Below are positions 1 through 8,881 of a DNA stretch of 64,000 nt, piece by piece; positions within the stretch are counted from its first letter, which is position 1, and the number at the start of each line of letters is the position of its first letter. This DNA comes from Candidatus Collierbacteria bacterium RIFOXYD2_FULL_45_13 (lineage in GTDB: Bacteria > Patescibacteriota > Microgenomatia > UBA1400 > MFAQ01), in NCBI GenBank assembly GCA_001774685.1, contig MFAS01000001.1, positions 415,557-479,556 of the forward strand, given 5' to 3'. The notes beneath the pieces are model-generated. The model saw nothing but the letters and a program-made list of their open reading frames with translations. It did not search any database and was not told the DNA's origin. The translations under genes were made by a program, and so were the position numbers.

Positions 1-12
1 TCTGACTGGCTT

Positions 13-1308
13 ATGTCTGATCCTTGGGAGGCTCGTTACAACGACGTCCCCATCACCTATACCGATGTCATCACCAGATTAGAAGCCTATTTGGCCAAAC
101 ATCTTCACGTAAACTTTCCGGTCGTGGTTTTTTATGTCTTTGGCGGTGATAATGCCCCTTTTGCCAGACTCTTTGCCAAGAAAGGAGGCTGTGTCTGTAT
201 CAAAAGACCGTCCCACGAAGATAGACTAGTCAGCATCAGCCACGACCCTTTGATCACCGGAAACAATAATATATTGATAGTTGATGCTTTTTACGACCAA
301 CCAAACATCTCCTCAACTGAGATTAGAAACGGGACCAAAGAAGGCCTTGCCTCTATCGACGCACTGCTTAAAGAATGGCAACATCAATATCCAAAGGCCT
401 CTGAAAACAAACAAAAATATATCTATGCCATCAGGAATGACTCACGATATGCCACCAAAATTTGGACCAGAAAAAATAGCGAGATTGACCTCACCCTAGC
501 TAGCCTAGAGTTTCTGGATAAACTATCAAGAAATTTAGAATTTGCATTTTCGAATTGCTCTAGTCCTGACATCCCCATTTTGGTTGAGCCCATACTAATC
601 GATCTCAATGATCAACAAAATTATGTGACTGTGCTAGAGCACAACAAGCCGATTATCAATCTAGATACATGTACTTTTAGTTCTCAAAAACTTGATTTTT
701 CTAGACTGTTTAGTTTGTGTGACGGTCAGTGTCGTTGGGAACGCCTAGTTTGTCGACCAGGAAGTGAATCGATGTCAAAGCAGTTTGCCGTCATTAAGCC
801 TGGGAAGTATGATTTGATAGACGACGACATTGCCACCGGCTATACAGTCAATTCAATCATGGAAATAGCGCCGAAAAATATAAAAATTGACAAACGGGTA
901 GGTTTGCTTCAGGAGTATTTAGACAAACACAAGGACCAGATAAATCCAAAGGGAGACAAAGAGCTCCTTGATATTGTTGATTTCCGGGATTTTTTAGTCG
1001 GCTCGCTGGATAGCGGACTGGTAGTTTCCATGCCTACCGGTGAGATAATTCGGGCTCCATATCTCCTTCCATACGTATCTCTGGTTTCCCGGGGTATGAT
1101 ACCGCCTTCCGTAGAGCTTTCGGTTTCCATGCAGATCTGGAAGCTAAACATTACCTTCCATAACTATTTAAAATCCGAGATCCTACTCGAAGACAGCGAT
1201 CCCTCCTTTATCAAACTCATGAAATATATCGGTTTCGACGACAAAACAAGAATGGTCGATATTTGCCGATGGCATCTAAACAGACTCCAAAAACTAGCCT
1301 TCAAATAG
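13..1308 (+). CDS. Phosphoribosyltransferase-domain protein, hypothetical
   Basis: 431 aa ORF. Internal PRTase-like PRPP-binding motif 'YDLIDDDIATGYTV' and a weaker N-terminal copy 'NILIVDAF'. No further family assignment possible by eye. Confidence 0.4.
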   Translation: MSDPWEARYNDVPITYTDVITRLEAYLAKHLHVNFPVVVFYVFGGDNAPFARLFAKKGGCVCIKRPSHEDRLVSISHDPLITGNNNILIVDAFYDQPNISSTEIRNGTKEGLASIDALLKEWQHQYPKASENKQKYIYAIRNDSRYATKIWTRKNSEIDLTLASLEFLDKLSRNLEFAFSNCSSPDIPILVEPILIDLNDQQNYVTVLEHNKPIINLDTCTFSSQKLDFSRLFSLCDGQCRWERLVCRPGSESMSKQFAVIKPGKYDLIDDDIATGYTVNSIMEIAPKNIKIDKRVGLLQEYLDKHKDQINPKGDKELLDIVDFRDFLVGSLDSGLVVSMPTGEIIRAPYLLPYVSLVSRGMIPPSVELSVSMQIWKLNITFHNYLKSEILLEDSDPSFIKLMKYIGFDDKTRMVDICRWHLNRLQKLAFK

Positions 1309-2461
1309 TTTTTTCCGGTAGCCTGTGTTTTTCTAAGAACTCACTCACTCTGTCTTCCAATGGTATCTGACCGACAGTGTTGTACTCTTCTTCTTTTTCC
1401 TTAAGATACTTTTCCTTGCATTCATGATCCAATGACATGAGATGCTCCATGTTTCTATCTTCGTTAAATCTTTCAATGGCATCAACCGTTCTCGTCGAAC
1501 AAACATCACAGTTCTTTGGGACTTCCGAGTCGGCATTACTTTCTTTTCTTAGCTCAGATATAACTACACGGGGGAAAGCATTTGGAGACTGAGCGGCACT
1601 TCTTTTTAGCACTTCAATAATGGTCCAAAGCCAAGGGGTACGGAATTTACCTTCCTTATTAAGTAAGGCCAATACTGTGTTTGGAGCTACTCTAGTGGCA
1701 CAAAGGATCGGATTCTGGATACCAAGTTCATGTAAATACTGGATCGATTTCACGGCATCCTCGATAGCCTCGTCATCAGTCAAAAAAGGAGGTTTGATCA
1801 TCAAGAACGCCTGAATCATGAAGTCGAACTCCTTGAGTAAAGCATAGGCCCGCTCAAAAGACTCTCTGGTAGTTGTAGTGTTTACTGATATGGCTCTAGT
1901 CAGATCGCTTGCTGATTGTAAACCTATCGCCACGATCAGCTTCTTATTTCCAATAATGTTTTTAGCCTCCTCCATTTTCTCTCTAGTCAGGAACTGGGGT
2001 AAAGATTCAACAAGCAAAAATTTGGCCTTGCTCTGCCTAAACAATTTATACATATGTTCCCGGCTTACAGGTGGTACCTCTGCGTCTGCAAAGAAATTGC
2101 CGTTCGTGTAAAGGGTCAGTAGGTCAAAGTCTGCGTCATCCGCGTCCTTCATCACACTATCAAACTGAGCCGAGATTTCTTCCGGCATGATGGGTCGTCT
2201 TTTACTATCAAGGGCTTCATTGGGTAGGGGACACATTAAACAAGTTGCGGCCGAGCACATGGGGGTCAGAAGTACGATTCTACGTCTTTTTACCATTTTG
2301 TCACCCAGCAGCACGTGATCATCTCTAGCCGACTGTGGAGCCGTAAGGCTAGCGTCCTCGGGGATAGTACTCACACGGATACCCCTAGCCAGTCTTGTTA
2401 GATCCCGCCTCATCAGGGCTATCTTCTCCGGGTTTTTAATATCGTCGTAGTTGTATTTCAT
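1301..2461 (-). CDS. Radical-SAM-like Fe-S enzyme, atypical CX4CX2C cluster
   Basis: 386 aa ORF. Cys triad 'CSAATCLMC' (C-x4-C-x2-C) near the N-terminus of a predicted half-barrel ('LLVESLP', 'IVAIGLQSASD', 'ELGIQNPILCATRVAPNT'). Extra C-terminal CxxC. Family is an inference. Confidence 0.35.
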   Translation of the reverse strand: MKYNYDDIKNPEKIALMRRDLTRLARGIRVSTIPEDASLTAPQSARDDHVLLGDKMVKRRRIVLLTPMCSAATCLMCPLPNEALDSKRRPIMPEEISAQFDSVMKDADDADFDLLTLYTNGNFFADAEVPPVSREHMYKLFRQSKAKFLLVESLPQFLTREKMEEAKNIIGNKKLIVAIGLQSASDLTRAISVNTTTTRESFERAYALLKEFDFMIQAFLMIKPPFLTDDEAIEDAVKSIQYLHELGIQNPILCATRVAPNTVLALLNKEGKFRTPWLWTIIEVLKRSAAQSPNAFPRVVISELRKESNADSEVPKNCDVCSTRTVDAIERFNEDRNMEHLMSLDHECKEKYLKEKEEEYNTVGQIPLEDRVSEFLEKHRLPEKTI

Positions 2462-2500
2462 ATAATCTATAATCTATATTGTTAAATAATTTTAAGATAA

Positions 2501-3145
2501 ATGCAATCAAGTCTACACGAAACTGTCAAAGGCCCTGCTGTCGCGGTTGATACCGTAGTCTTTGGAATAGACGAAAAACAGCTAAAGGTCCTATTGCTCA
2601 AGATCAAAGGCGGGCCCTATAACGGCAAGTGGGCTTTACCAGGAGGACTGGTAAACTTGGGCGAGTCACCAGAAATAACCGCAACTAGAGTCCTTAAAAA
2701 CAAGACCAATATTCGTTCTGGATACCTGGAGCAGTTATATACTTTTGGTAATCCTGACCGAGACATGCGCGGTCAAGTTATTTCCGTTGCCCATATGCTG
2801 TTGGTCAATAATACCCAGTCTTACGATTTAATTGTCTCCGAACACTACACTGATATCCAATGGCTTCCCGTTTTAGAGCTCCCGGAAACGGCCTTCGATC
2901 ACTCACAGATTGTCGACTTTGCATTAGTGAGACTCAGAGGGAAAATGGCCTATTCAAACATTGCCGGCTCGTTTCTTCCGAAAGATTTTTCATTAAACGA
3001 ACTTAGGGAAATATACGAAGTAGTAATGAATAAGTCCTACGACCAAAAAACATTTGAAAACGAACTTTTATCCCACGGTCTTCTAATCGAATCAGATAAC
3101 GGGCTATATCATTTCAAGGCTGATTCGTTGTCCTATTTCGACTGA
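2501..3145 (+). CDS. Nudix hydrolase with C-terminal NrtR-like winged-helix (Nudix-related regulator)
   Basis: 'ALPGGLVNLGESPEITATRVLKNKTN' is a degenerate Nudix box. C-terminal ~70 aa resemble the NrtR DNA-binding domain. Confidence 0.55.
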   Translation: MQSSLHETVKGPAVAVDTVVFGIDEKQLKVLLLKIKGGPYNGKWALPGGLVNLGESPEITATRVLKNKTNIRSGYLEQLYTFGNPDRDMRGQVISVAHMLLVNNTQSYDLIVSEHYTDIQWLPVLELPETAFDHSQIVDFALVRLRGKMAYSNIAGSFLPKDFSLNELREIYEVVMNKSYDQKTFENELLSHGLLIESDNGLYHFKADSLSYFD

Positions 3146-3809
3146 GTTTTCCCCTTAGCAGGATCAAAAATCCGATAGCCAAAGATAACAACCCAAATAT
3201 CATAGCCGTTGGCACTCCATTAATTCTCCAGATAATTTCATTCGGACGTATGCCTTCCAGTAATATTCTAATTACTCCATAGCCTATCAGATAGACGCCT
3301 AGTAATTTCCCCGAAAACGTCTTCTTTTTTCTCAGTGTCAAGAGGATTACAAAAAGAGATAGGTTTAATAATGCTTCGCAGGCAAAAAGCGGCTCACCGT
3401 TTTTGCCGTAAAGCTCGCCATTTACCCAGTTTCCCAGTCTTCCAATTGCCTGAGCTATCGGTGCGCCAATAGCCAAGGCCTCCAGCACCGGCCACACGTT
3501 TTTCTTTTTGAAATAACCATAGAGAAAAACACCAAATATCGCACCCAAAACCGCCCCCCATATTCCCAGCCCACCTTCCCAAACAGCCCAAATCTTCCCC
3601 AAATTATATTGATAATACCTATTCCAATAATCTACAACGTGGTACAGTCTCGCCCCCGCCACCCCTCCCACTAGTGCCCACAGAAGGGCTGTCTCAATTT
3701 CCTTCTTTATTTTAGGAAAAGCTAGCTGGGCGGCCTCTATACCCACCCACACACCCAAACCCAAAATGATACCGTACCCGTGCATGGTTACCCCCCAAAG
3801 GTCAAACAT
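3114..3809 (-). CDS. lgt: Prolipoprotein diacylglyceryl transferase
   Basis: Multi-TM protein with the Lgt signature 'GRLGNWVNGELYG'. An alternative start MHGYG sits 8 codons downstream. Overlaps the proS stop by 8 nt. Confidence 0.85.
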   Translation of the reverse strand: MFDLWGVTMHGYGIILGLGVWVGIEAAQLAFPKIKKEIETALLWALVGGVAGARLYHVVDYWNRYYQYNLGKIWAVWEGGLGIWGAVLGAIFGVFLYGYFKKKNVWPVLEALAIGAPIAQAIGRLGNWVNGELYGKNGEPLFACEALLNLSLFVILLTLRKKKTFSGKLLGVYLIGYGVIRILLEGIRPNEIIWRINGVPTAMIFGLLSLAIGFLILLRGKLSRNRTTNQP

Positions 3810-5043
3810 TTTTTAGAAAATCGACAATTTTCTCCGCCGAGATTATTTCGCTTTCCGAACTTTGTCTCATTTTTACCTCCACCCCACCCTTGTCCAAACT
3901 TCTCTGAGAAATTACCATGCGGACCGGACAACCAATCAAGTCTGCATCGGCAAACTTTTCCCCGGCGGTCACCCCTTCCCTGTCATCCCACAAAACCTCT
4001 ACACCCGCCTTCTTAAGGGAATTATAAACCTCCCCAGCTTTTTCTTTTTGTTGTAAATCAACCAGATGAACCAAGAAAGGAGCGACACTCTTTGGCCAGA
4101 CAATCCCTTTATCATCGTGAAACTTCTCTACAATCACTCCCATAGTCCGGCTAATCCCTATGCCGTAACAACCCATGATAGGAAATATATTTTCGCCATT
4201 TTTCCCCGTCACGTTCATTTCAAAAGCTTTGGAGTATTTTTGCCCTAAGTCAAAAACATTCCCTACCTCGGCAGCTTTTGCCGGTTTCAATTTGCTGCCC
4301 CCACATTTCGGACACAGATCACCTTCGGCATTGGTATGAATGTCGTCTACATTTACGCAAAATTCACAAGCTTCACAGTACAAAATATTAGCTTCTCCTG
4401 CATCTGTCAGCACCTCAAACTCGTACGAAACTTTTTCGGTAAAAGCACCACCTGACGCCTCGGTCACTTTGGCATCCAATCCGAGTCTCTTGAACACCTC
4501 AATGTAGGCAGCTTTTACCTTTTCATAATAACTGTCGAAATCTTCTTGAGATTCATGCCACGAGTACATATCCTTCATCAAAAACTCTCGGCCTCTTAAG
4601 ATTCCCGATTTGGCTCTCAGTTCGTCTCTAAACTTCCACTGAATGTGATAAGTGGCTCTTGGCAGATCCTTATACGAATGAATGAATTCTTTCATGAGAG
4701 GGGTAACTACTTCTTCCTGAGACTGCCCTAAGGCGTACTCTTTATCGGTTCTGCTTTTGAGTTTAAACAAGACATGTACGCTATCCCATCCTCCTGACTT
4801 CTTCCAAATTTCTGCTGGGTGCAACATTGGCATCAGTATCTCTTCACCTTCAATCTTATCCATTTCTTCACGCACAACTTGGCTGATTTTTCTCAACACC
4901 ATGAGGCCCATGGGTAAGTAGGTGTAGACACCTGCCATCAGTTGCCTCACAAAACCAGCCTGAACCAATAATTGGTGATTGATTGATTCGGACTCTTTAG
5001 AAACCGTCTTCTCGGGCTTCGCACCCATTCTGCTCATTTTCAT
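3802..5043 (-). CDS. proS: Prolyl-tRNA synthetase, short bacterial-type lacking the INS editing domain
   Basis: Class II aaRS motifs. 'QLLVQAGFVRQLMAGVYTYLPMG' matches the ProRS N-terminus. 413 aa. Confidence 0.9.
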   Translation of the reverse strand: MKMSRMGAKPEKTVSKESESINHQLLVQAGFVRQLMAGVYTYLPMGLMVLRKISQVVREEMDKIEGEEILMPMLHPAEIWKKSGGWDSVHVLFKLKSRTDKEYALGQSQEEVVTPLMKEFIHSYKDLPRATYHIQWKFRDELRAKSGILRGREFLMKDMYSWHESQEDFDSYYEKVKAAYIEVFKRLGLDAKVTEASGGAFTEKVSYEFEVLTDAGEANILYCEACEFCVNVDDIHTNAEGDLCPKCGGSKLKPAKAAEVGNVFDLGQKYSKAFEMNVTGKNGENIFPIMGCYGIGISRTMGVIVEKFHDDKGIVWPKSVAPFLVHLVDLQQKEKAGEVYNSLKKAGVEVLWDDREGVTAGEKFADADLIGCPVRMVISQRSLDKGGVEVKMRQSSESEIISAEKIVDFLKNV

Positions 5044-5065
5044 ACTGTTATTCTACCTCATCGCC

Positions 5066-5106
5066 GTCATTGCGAGGAGCAGGGCGACGTGGCAATCTCA
5101 CTCCAC
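5066..5106. repeat. Dispersed repeat copy A (GTCATTGCGAG-N-GGCAATCTCACTCCAC family)
   Basis: Left motif GTCATTGCGAG at 5066-5076 and right motif GGCAATCTCACTCCAC at 5091-5106. Intergenic between proS and the ATP-cone gene. Produces the spurious TTG-start N-terminal extension 'MRGAGRRGNLTP' in the ORF track. Confidence 0.8.
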
Positions 5107-5975
5107 TACCTGTTATTATAAATTCAGTGATAACCCTTAGTCCCATTACCATTACCAAGGCTTCCGGTGAGCAAGAGCATTTTGATGAATCTAAGCTCGT
5201 AAAGTCTCTAGCCAAAACAGGACTTTCTGTCGACGTTGCCTCACAAACCGTTGACTACCTCAAGCGCCATCTCAGAACCGGCATTACCACCAAAGATATC
5301 CACGGGCACGTTTCCTTCTATCTCAAAGAAAATGCGCCGGTCAGCAACTACTACAACTACGGCCTCAAACGAGCCATTATGGATCTGGGTCCCTCGGGTC
5401 ACCCCTTCGAAACCATTGTGTCTGATGTTCTCTCGGAATACGGATACAAATCCGAAGTTGGCGTCATCGTTCTCGGTAAATGCGTTACTCACGAAATTGA
5501 TGTTGTGGCCAAAAAAGAGACGAAGCAATTTTTTATCGAGTGTAAATTCCACAACAGTCCCGGTGTCAAAACCGATGTTCAGGTTGCTCTCTACACCTAT
5601 GCTCGATTTTTGGACATCAAGTCGGCGATGGAGCAAAGTCACGGAACCAACATTACCTACTACCCATGGTTAGTTACAAACACCAAAGTGACTTCTGAGG
5701 TATTTGACTATGCGGGCTGTGTGGGTTTGGAGCTTACTTCCTGGCTACACCCACAAGGACACGGTATGTCGGATCTGATCATGGCCGCCGGGCTTCATCC
5801 TGTCACCTTGATTTACTCCATTCCCAGATTCAAAATCAACCAGCTTCTGGAGAGGGGAATCGTTACTTGCGCCAGACTTAAAAAGGCGATTGAAGAGAAC
5901 CAAGTCTCCGATATTCTTACTCACGAGGAAATAAATATGACTTTTCAGCATATCAAAGTAATATGTAAAACCTAA
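5070..5975 (+). CDS. ATP-cone domain + Mrr-like PD-(D/E)xK restriction-endonuclease domain protein
   Basis: 'ITKASGEQEHFDESKLVKSL' is an ATP-cone N-terminus. 'HEIDVVAKKETKQFFIECK' is a D...ExK nuclease core. True start probably GTG near 5134 (MITLSPITITK). The first ~20 codons of the ORF are the repeat element. Confidence 0.6.
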   Translation: MRGAGRRGNLTPLPVIINSVITLSPITITKASGEQEHFDESKLVKSLAKTGLSVDVASQTVDYLKRHLRTGITTKDIHGHVSFYLKENAPVSNYYNYGLKRAIMDLGPSGHPFETIVSDVLSEYGYKSEVGVIVLGKCVTHEIDVVAKKETKQFFIECKFHNSPGVKTDVQVALYTYARFLDIKSAMEQSHGTNITYYPWLVTNTKVTSEVFDYAGCVGLELTSWLHPQGHGMSDLIMAAGLHPVTLIYSIPRFKINQLLERGIVTCARLKKAIEENQVSDILTHEEINMTFQHIKVICKT

Positions 5976-5984
5976 TCGTAACAA

Positions 5985-6350
5985 ATGAATAATATATTTA
6001 TGCGAATCGTCATAGTTAGCCTTGCATTATTTGGAGTGTACAAAATGTTTCCTCAGATTTCGCAGCCCGTTGACTACTATGTCAAGAACCCTCAATTTCA
6101 AACTTCAGTGATCGTTCCGGCTGTGGGCTTAGCCAACAAAGTTCTCCCGGATAAGATTCAAATTCCCACCCCAAAAATTATGGGAGTCACTACCGAATAC
6201 ACTCAATCCCCAATTTCTTCGATCACGGAGGAAATAAGCAGACAGGCCGCTAGTGTCGCCGCCAGCCTAGTCGAGAAATCTTCCAAGGCAGTCTCTGAGC
6301 AGTTCTGTAACGCCCTCCTCGAAAAAATCAAATCCGAGTGCGGTAAATAG
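5985..6350 (+). CDS. Hypothetical membrane-anchored protein
   Basis: 121 aa. N-terminal TM helix 'IVIVSLALFGVY'. Confidence 0.4.
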   Translation: MNNIFMRIVIVSLALFGVYKMFPQISQPVDYYVKNPQFQTSVIVPAVGLANKVLPDKIQIPTPKIMGVTTEYTQSPISSITEEISRQAASVAASLVEKSSKAVSEQFCNALLEKIKSECGK

Positions 6351-6373
6351 ATATTCGACATATCTTAAGTTCT

Positions 6374-6697
6374 TTACCCAACGGTCACCCCGATCATGTC
6401 CAGCTTAGGTAGATATCTCTTGATCTCATTTTTAAACTTCTCGGCCAATCCTGCTGAGTAAGTCGCATTCTGGGTATTCTCCATATGTCCACAGAGTTTG
6501 TTTTCATACAGGCGCACGATCTCCATAATTTTTTCCCCCTCGGCATTAAACTCCGCTTGGTGTTTTTGGGGATCTTTTTCATATCTATCGTGTAGCTCCT
6601 GAAAACTATCAAACTCGTTTTCATATTTAGTTACCATTTCTTCAAAAATTTCTTTGAACTTTGCAGCCATGGAAACAATGTTACCAAAACTCCACAA
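6374..6697 (-). CDS. Hypothetical cytoplasmic protein
   Basis: 107 aa charged helical ORF. No recognisable motif. Confidence 0.4.
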   Translation of the reverse strand: MWSFGNIVSMAAKFKEIFEEMVTKYENEFDSFQELHDRYEKDPQKHQAEFNAEGEKIMEIVRLYENKLCGHMENTQNATYSAGLAEKFKNEIKRYLPKLDMIGVTVG

Positions 6698-6700
6698 AAA

Positions 6701-7321
6701 ATGTACACTGTAATTATGAAAAGGACAGTTATTGGATTGGTAGGCCCCATTGCCTCCGGGAAAGGCGAGGTAGCCAAATATCTTCGTGGTTTAGGTTTCA
6801 CCATCCTTAGTCTCTCGGATCGTGTCCGTGAAGAAGTTGACGCGCGTGGGTTACCAATGTCCAGAGAAAACCTTCAGAACGTCGGCAATGATCTCCGGGA
6901 AACTTTTGGTGGTCATATTTTGGCGGAAAGAACCTTGGAACTATTTGGTAACATCGAAGGCAACATTGTTATTGATTCCATTAGGAATCCCTCAGAGATT
7001 GAGTTTCTGAAGCAGACGCTCGACCTTACCGTTATCGGCATCGATGCTTCGCCGGAGCTCAGACTCGAGCGGTACTTGTACCGAGCAGCTCGGCGAGGAG
7101 AGGATCGGGTTTCCGAGTCAGATTTTATTCATTCCAACAGTCGGGACCTGGGCATTGGCGAAAGTGTTTTCGGTCAGCAAGTTGGTCGTTGTCTGGAAAT
7201 GGCTGATGTGGTCATCCAAAACGAAGACACCAAAAAACATTTACTGGAGGCGGTTGATTATTATCTGATTTCCGAGTTGAGTTTCAGCCCCGAAGGCGCT
7301 CGCCGAGCAAAAGAAAAATAA
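6701..7321 (+). CDS. P-loop nucleotide/nucleoside kinase-like protein
   Basis: Walker A 'GLVGPIASGKGE'. 'VIDSIRNPSEIEFLK' resembles an NMP-kinase/AAA_18-type lid. Confidence 0.5.
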   Translation: MYTVIMKRTVIGLVGPIASGKGEVAKYLRGLGFTILSLSDRVREEVDARGLPMSRENLQNVGNDLRETFGGHILAERTLELFGNIEGNIVIDSIRNPSEIEFLKQTLDLTVIGIDASPELRLERYLYRAARRGEDRVSESDFIHSNSRDLGIGESVFGQQVGRCLEMADVVIQNEDTKKHLLEAVDYYLISELSFSPEGARRAKEK

Positions 7322-7324
7322 AAA

Positions 7325-7341
7325 CCCCGCCAAAGGCGGGG
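7325..7341. terminator. Bidirectional intrinsic terminator hairpin
   Basis: CCCCGCC-AAA-GGCGGGG, flanked by an A-run on + and a T-run on the minus reading (TTTTTATTTTT). Confidence 0.7.
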
Positions 7342-7348
7342 CAAAGAA

Positions 7349-7647
7349 CTACAAATCGGTGCTCAGGCTACCATGAAGAGTTATGTGAATATCCTTAGTC
7401 GGAACTTTACCTTCAAGGGCGAGAAAGACCGCAAGCTTGATGGCGGACATGACGACAACCGCTTTAGTTGGTTTCAGATTGAAATCATGAAGGACAACGC
7501 TTACTCCTTTGGCGGTTTTTGCTGAGGAGGTCGAAACGGTGGTTTCAATCTTCGTTACTTTGATAATGGCCTTCTGAACTACAATCTCTACCAATTCCAC
7601 GGTCATCGCGGAGAAATCAGGAACATACAATGTCACATTTTTCATAG
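7349..7647 (-). CDS. Hypothetical protein
   Basis: Start taken at MKNVTLYVPDF with a strong SD (GAGGAG, 7 nt upstream) rather than the longer ORF start at 7714. Confidence 0.5.
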
Positions 7648-7716
7648 CTACTCCTCGTCTACACAGTTTTTTCAGGAACACCCGTATTCTACCAATCCCA
7701 TAGTACAAAAGCAAGC

Positions 7717-8034
7717 CTACTCCTCGGGTACGGCAGCGTATTTAGGCACGAACCTGTATCTCCAAGTAGCCTCTATATCTTCCTGATCGGAATATTCAAA
7801 GTCGAGATTCTCCCGCTCCATGACAGCGAAAAACTCCTCCCAGGAAATATCTTTGGTGGTGGCTCTTCCCGAGCTCAGCATTCTTTCATCTTTGTTTCCT
7901 GGCCAGTCGATCCTTAGTCCCACTTGATCTCTCACGATCTCGGAGTCGTTAATCATCGCCGGCTTGCCCTCATGCAGTACGACCCAGTTTCTAATTTCTT
8001 CGTTAGTTTGAGCTTTTCTATAGACTACTTCCAT
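7717..8034 (-). CDS. Hypothetical protein
   Basis: 105 aa acidic ORF. No motif. Confidence 0.4.
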   Translation of the reverse strand: MEVVYRKAQTNEEIRNWVVLHEGKPAMINDSEIVRDQVGLRIDWPGNKDERMLSSGRATTKDISWEEFFAVMERENLDFEYSDQEDIEATWRYRFVPKYAAVPEE

Positions 8035-8090
8035 AAAATAATATTAGCATTAATTCCTACTAAACCCCGAGTGTTGTCCAACCTTTTTTA

Positions 8091-8110
8091 TTTGAGTTTT
8101 TGATTTTTTG
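8091..8110. repeat. 20-nt U-rich motif TTTGAGTTTTTGATTTTTTG (copy 1)
   Basis: Identical 20-mer recurs at 40965-40984. Followed by further GAGTTTTT units. Confidence 0.6.
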
Positions 8111-8114
8111 CGTT

Positions 8115-8864
8115 TTAGAGTTTTTGAGTTTTTTCTTCCTGTCTATTTTTTTCATACAACACCAGAGCCGTGGCCACACTAACATTCAAAGATGCCACAG
8201 ATTTTTGCATAGGGATGTTGATAAAGAAGTCACACTCTTTTTGCAAAGGTTCGGATATTCCTTCGGACTCTCCTCCCATCAGAAAGGCTACCGGACCGGT
8301 CAGTTTTTGTTCATACATCGTCTTGCCCATTTCCACCTCTACTCCTACTACCGGTACGGCATATTCGTGAAGCATCTTTATTGCCTGAAACAAGCTCATC
8401 GGGATCAGGGGTACGTAGGCGGCTCCGCCCATGGAAACTTTGGCCACCACTGGTGTAATTTCATGCACTCCATTTGGAGACGCCACTACGGCGTCGACGC
8501 CGGCAGCCCACGCCGTTCTCAGTATCGCTCCCATATTCTGCTCATAGTCGATTCGATTTAGCAGCAAGATGAAACAATTCCTTTTGTTATCCAATATCTG
8601 TTTCAGGGAAATCACCTCCGGTACATCCATAAGGGCAATGACTCCTTGAGGGTTTCTCGACTCCGCCATTTTGTTCAGATCATCAGTCGGAATAGTTCGG
8701 ATTTGCACTCCTTTTTCTCTGGCCATTTTCTCAATCTCTTTGATCTTCGGGTCCCCGACTGATCCGAGCGCCAGCATCACCGTACCAATTTTTTGTCCGG
8801 AGGACAACCCATCTCTTACCATATTTCTGCCTTCCAAAGTTACGTAGTCTATCTGTTTTGCCAT
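8115..8864 (-). CDS. SpoU-family 23S rRNA (guanosine-2'-O)-methyltransferase, RlmB-like
   Basis: N-terminal substrate-binding domain plus SpoU motifs 'LNRIDYEQNMGAILRTAWAAGVDAVV' and 'LNVSVATALVLYE'. Confidence 0.8.
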   Translation of the reverse strand: MAKQIDYVTLEGRNMVRDGLSSGQKIGTVMLALGSVGDPKIKEIEKMAREKGVQIRTIPTDDLNKMAESRNPQGVIALMDVPEVISLKQILDNKRNCFILLLNRIDYEQNMGAILRTAWAAGVDAVVASPNGVHEITPVVAKVSMGGAAYVPLIPMSLFQAIKMLHEYAVPVVGVEVEMGKTMYEQKLTGPVAFLMGGESEGISEPLQKECDFFINIPMQKSVASLNVSVATALVLYEKNRQEEKTQKL

Positions 8865-8881
8865 AGTTTATTATTATACTT

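Noticed and set aside
2462-2500. Tandem ATAATCT-ATAATCT in the radical-SAM/Nudix divergent promoter as a regulatory repeat
   Set aside because: It is only two 7-nt units in an AT-rich promoter, indistinguishable from overlapping -10-like hexamers.
5236-5673. 145-aa plus ORF and 133-aa minus ORF nested in the ATP-cone/Mrr gene
   Set aside because: These are alternative frames of a well-supported CDS. No independent signals.
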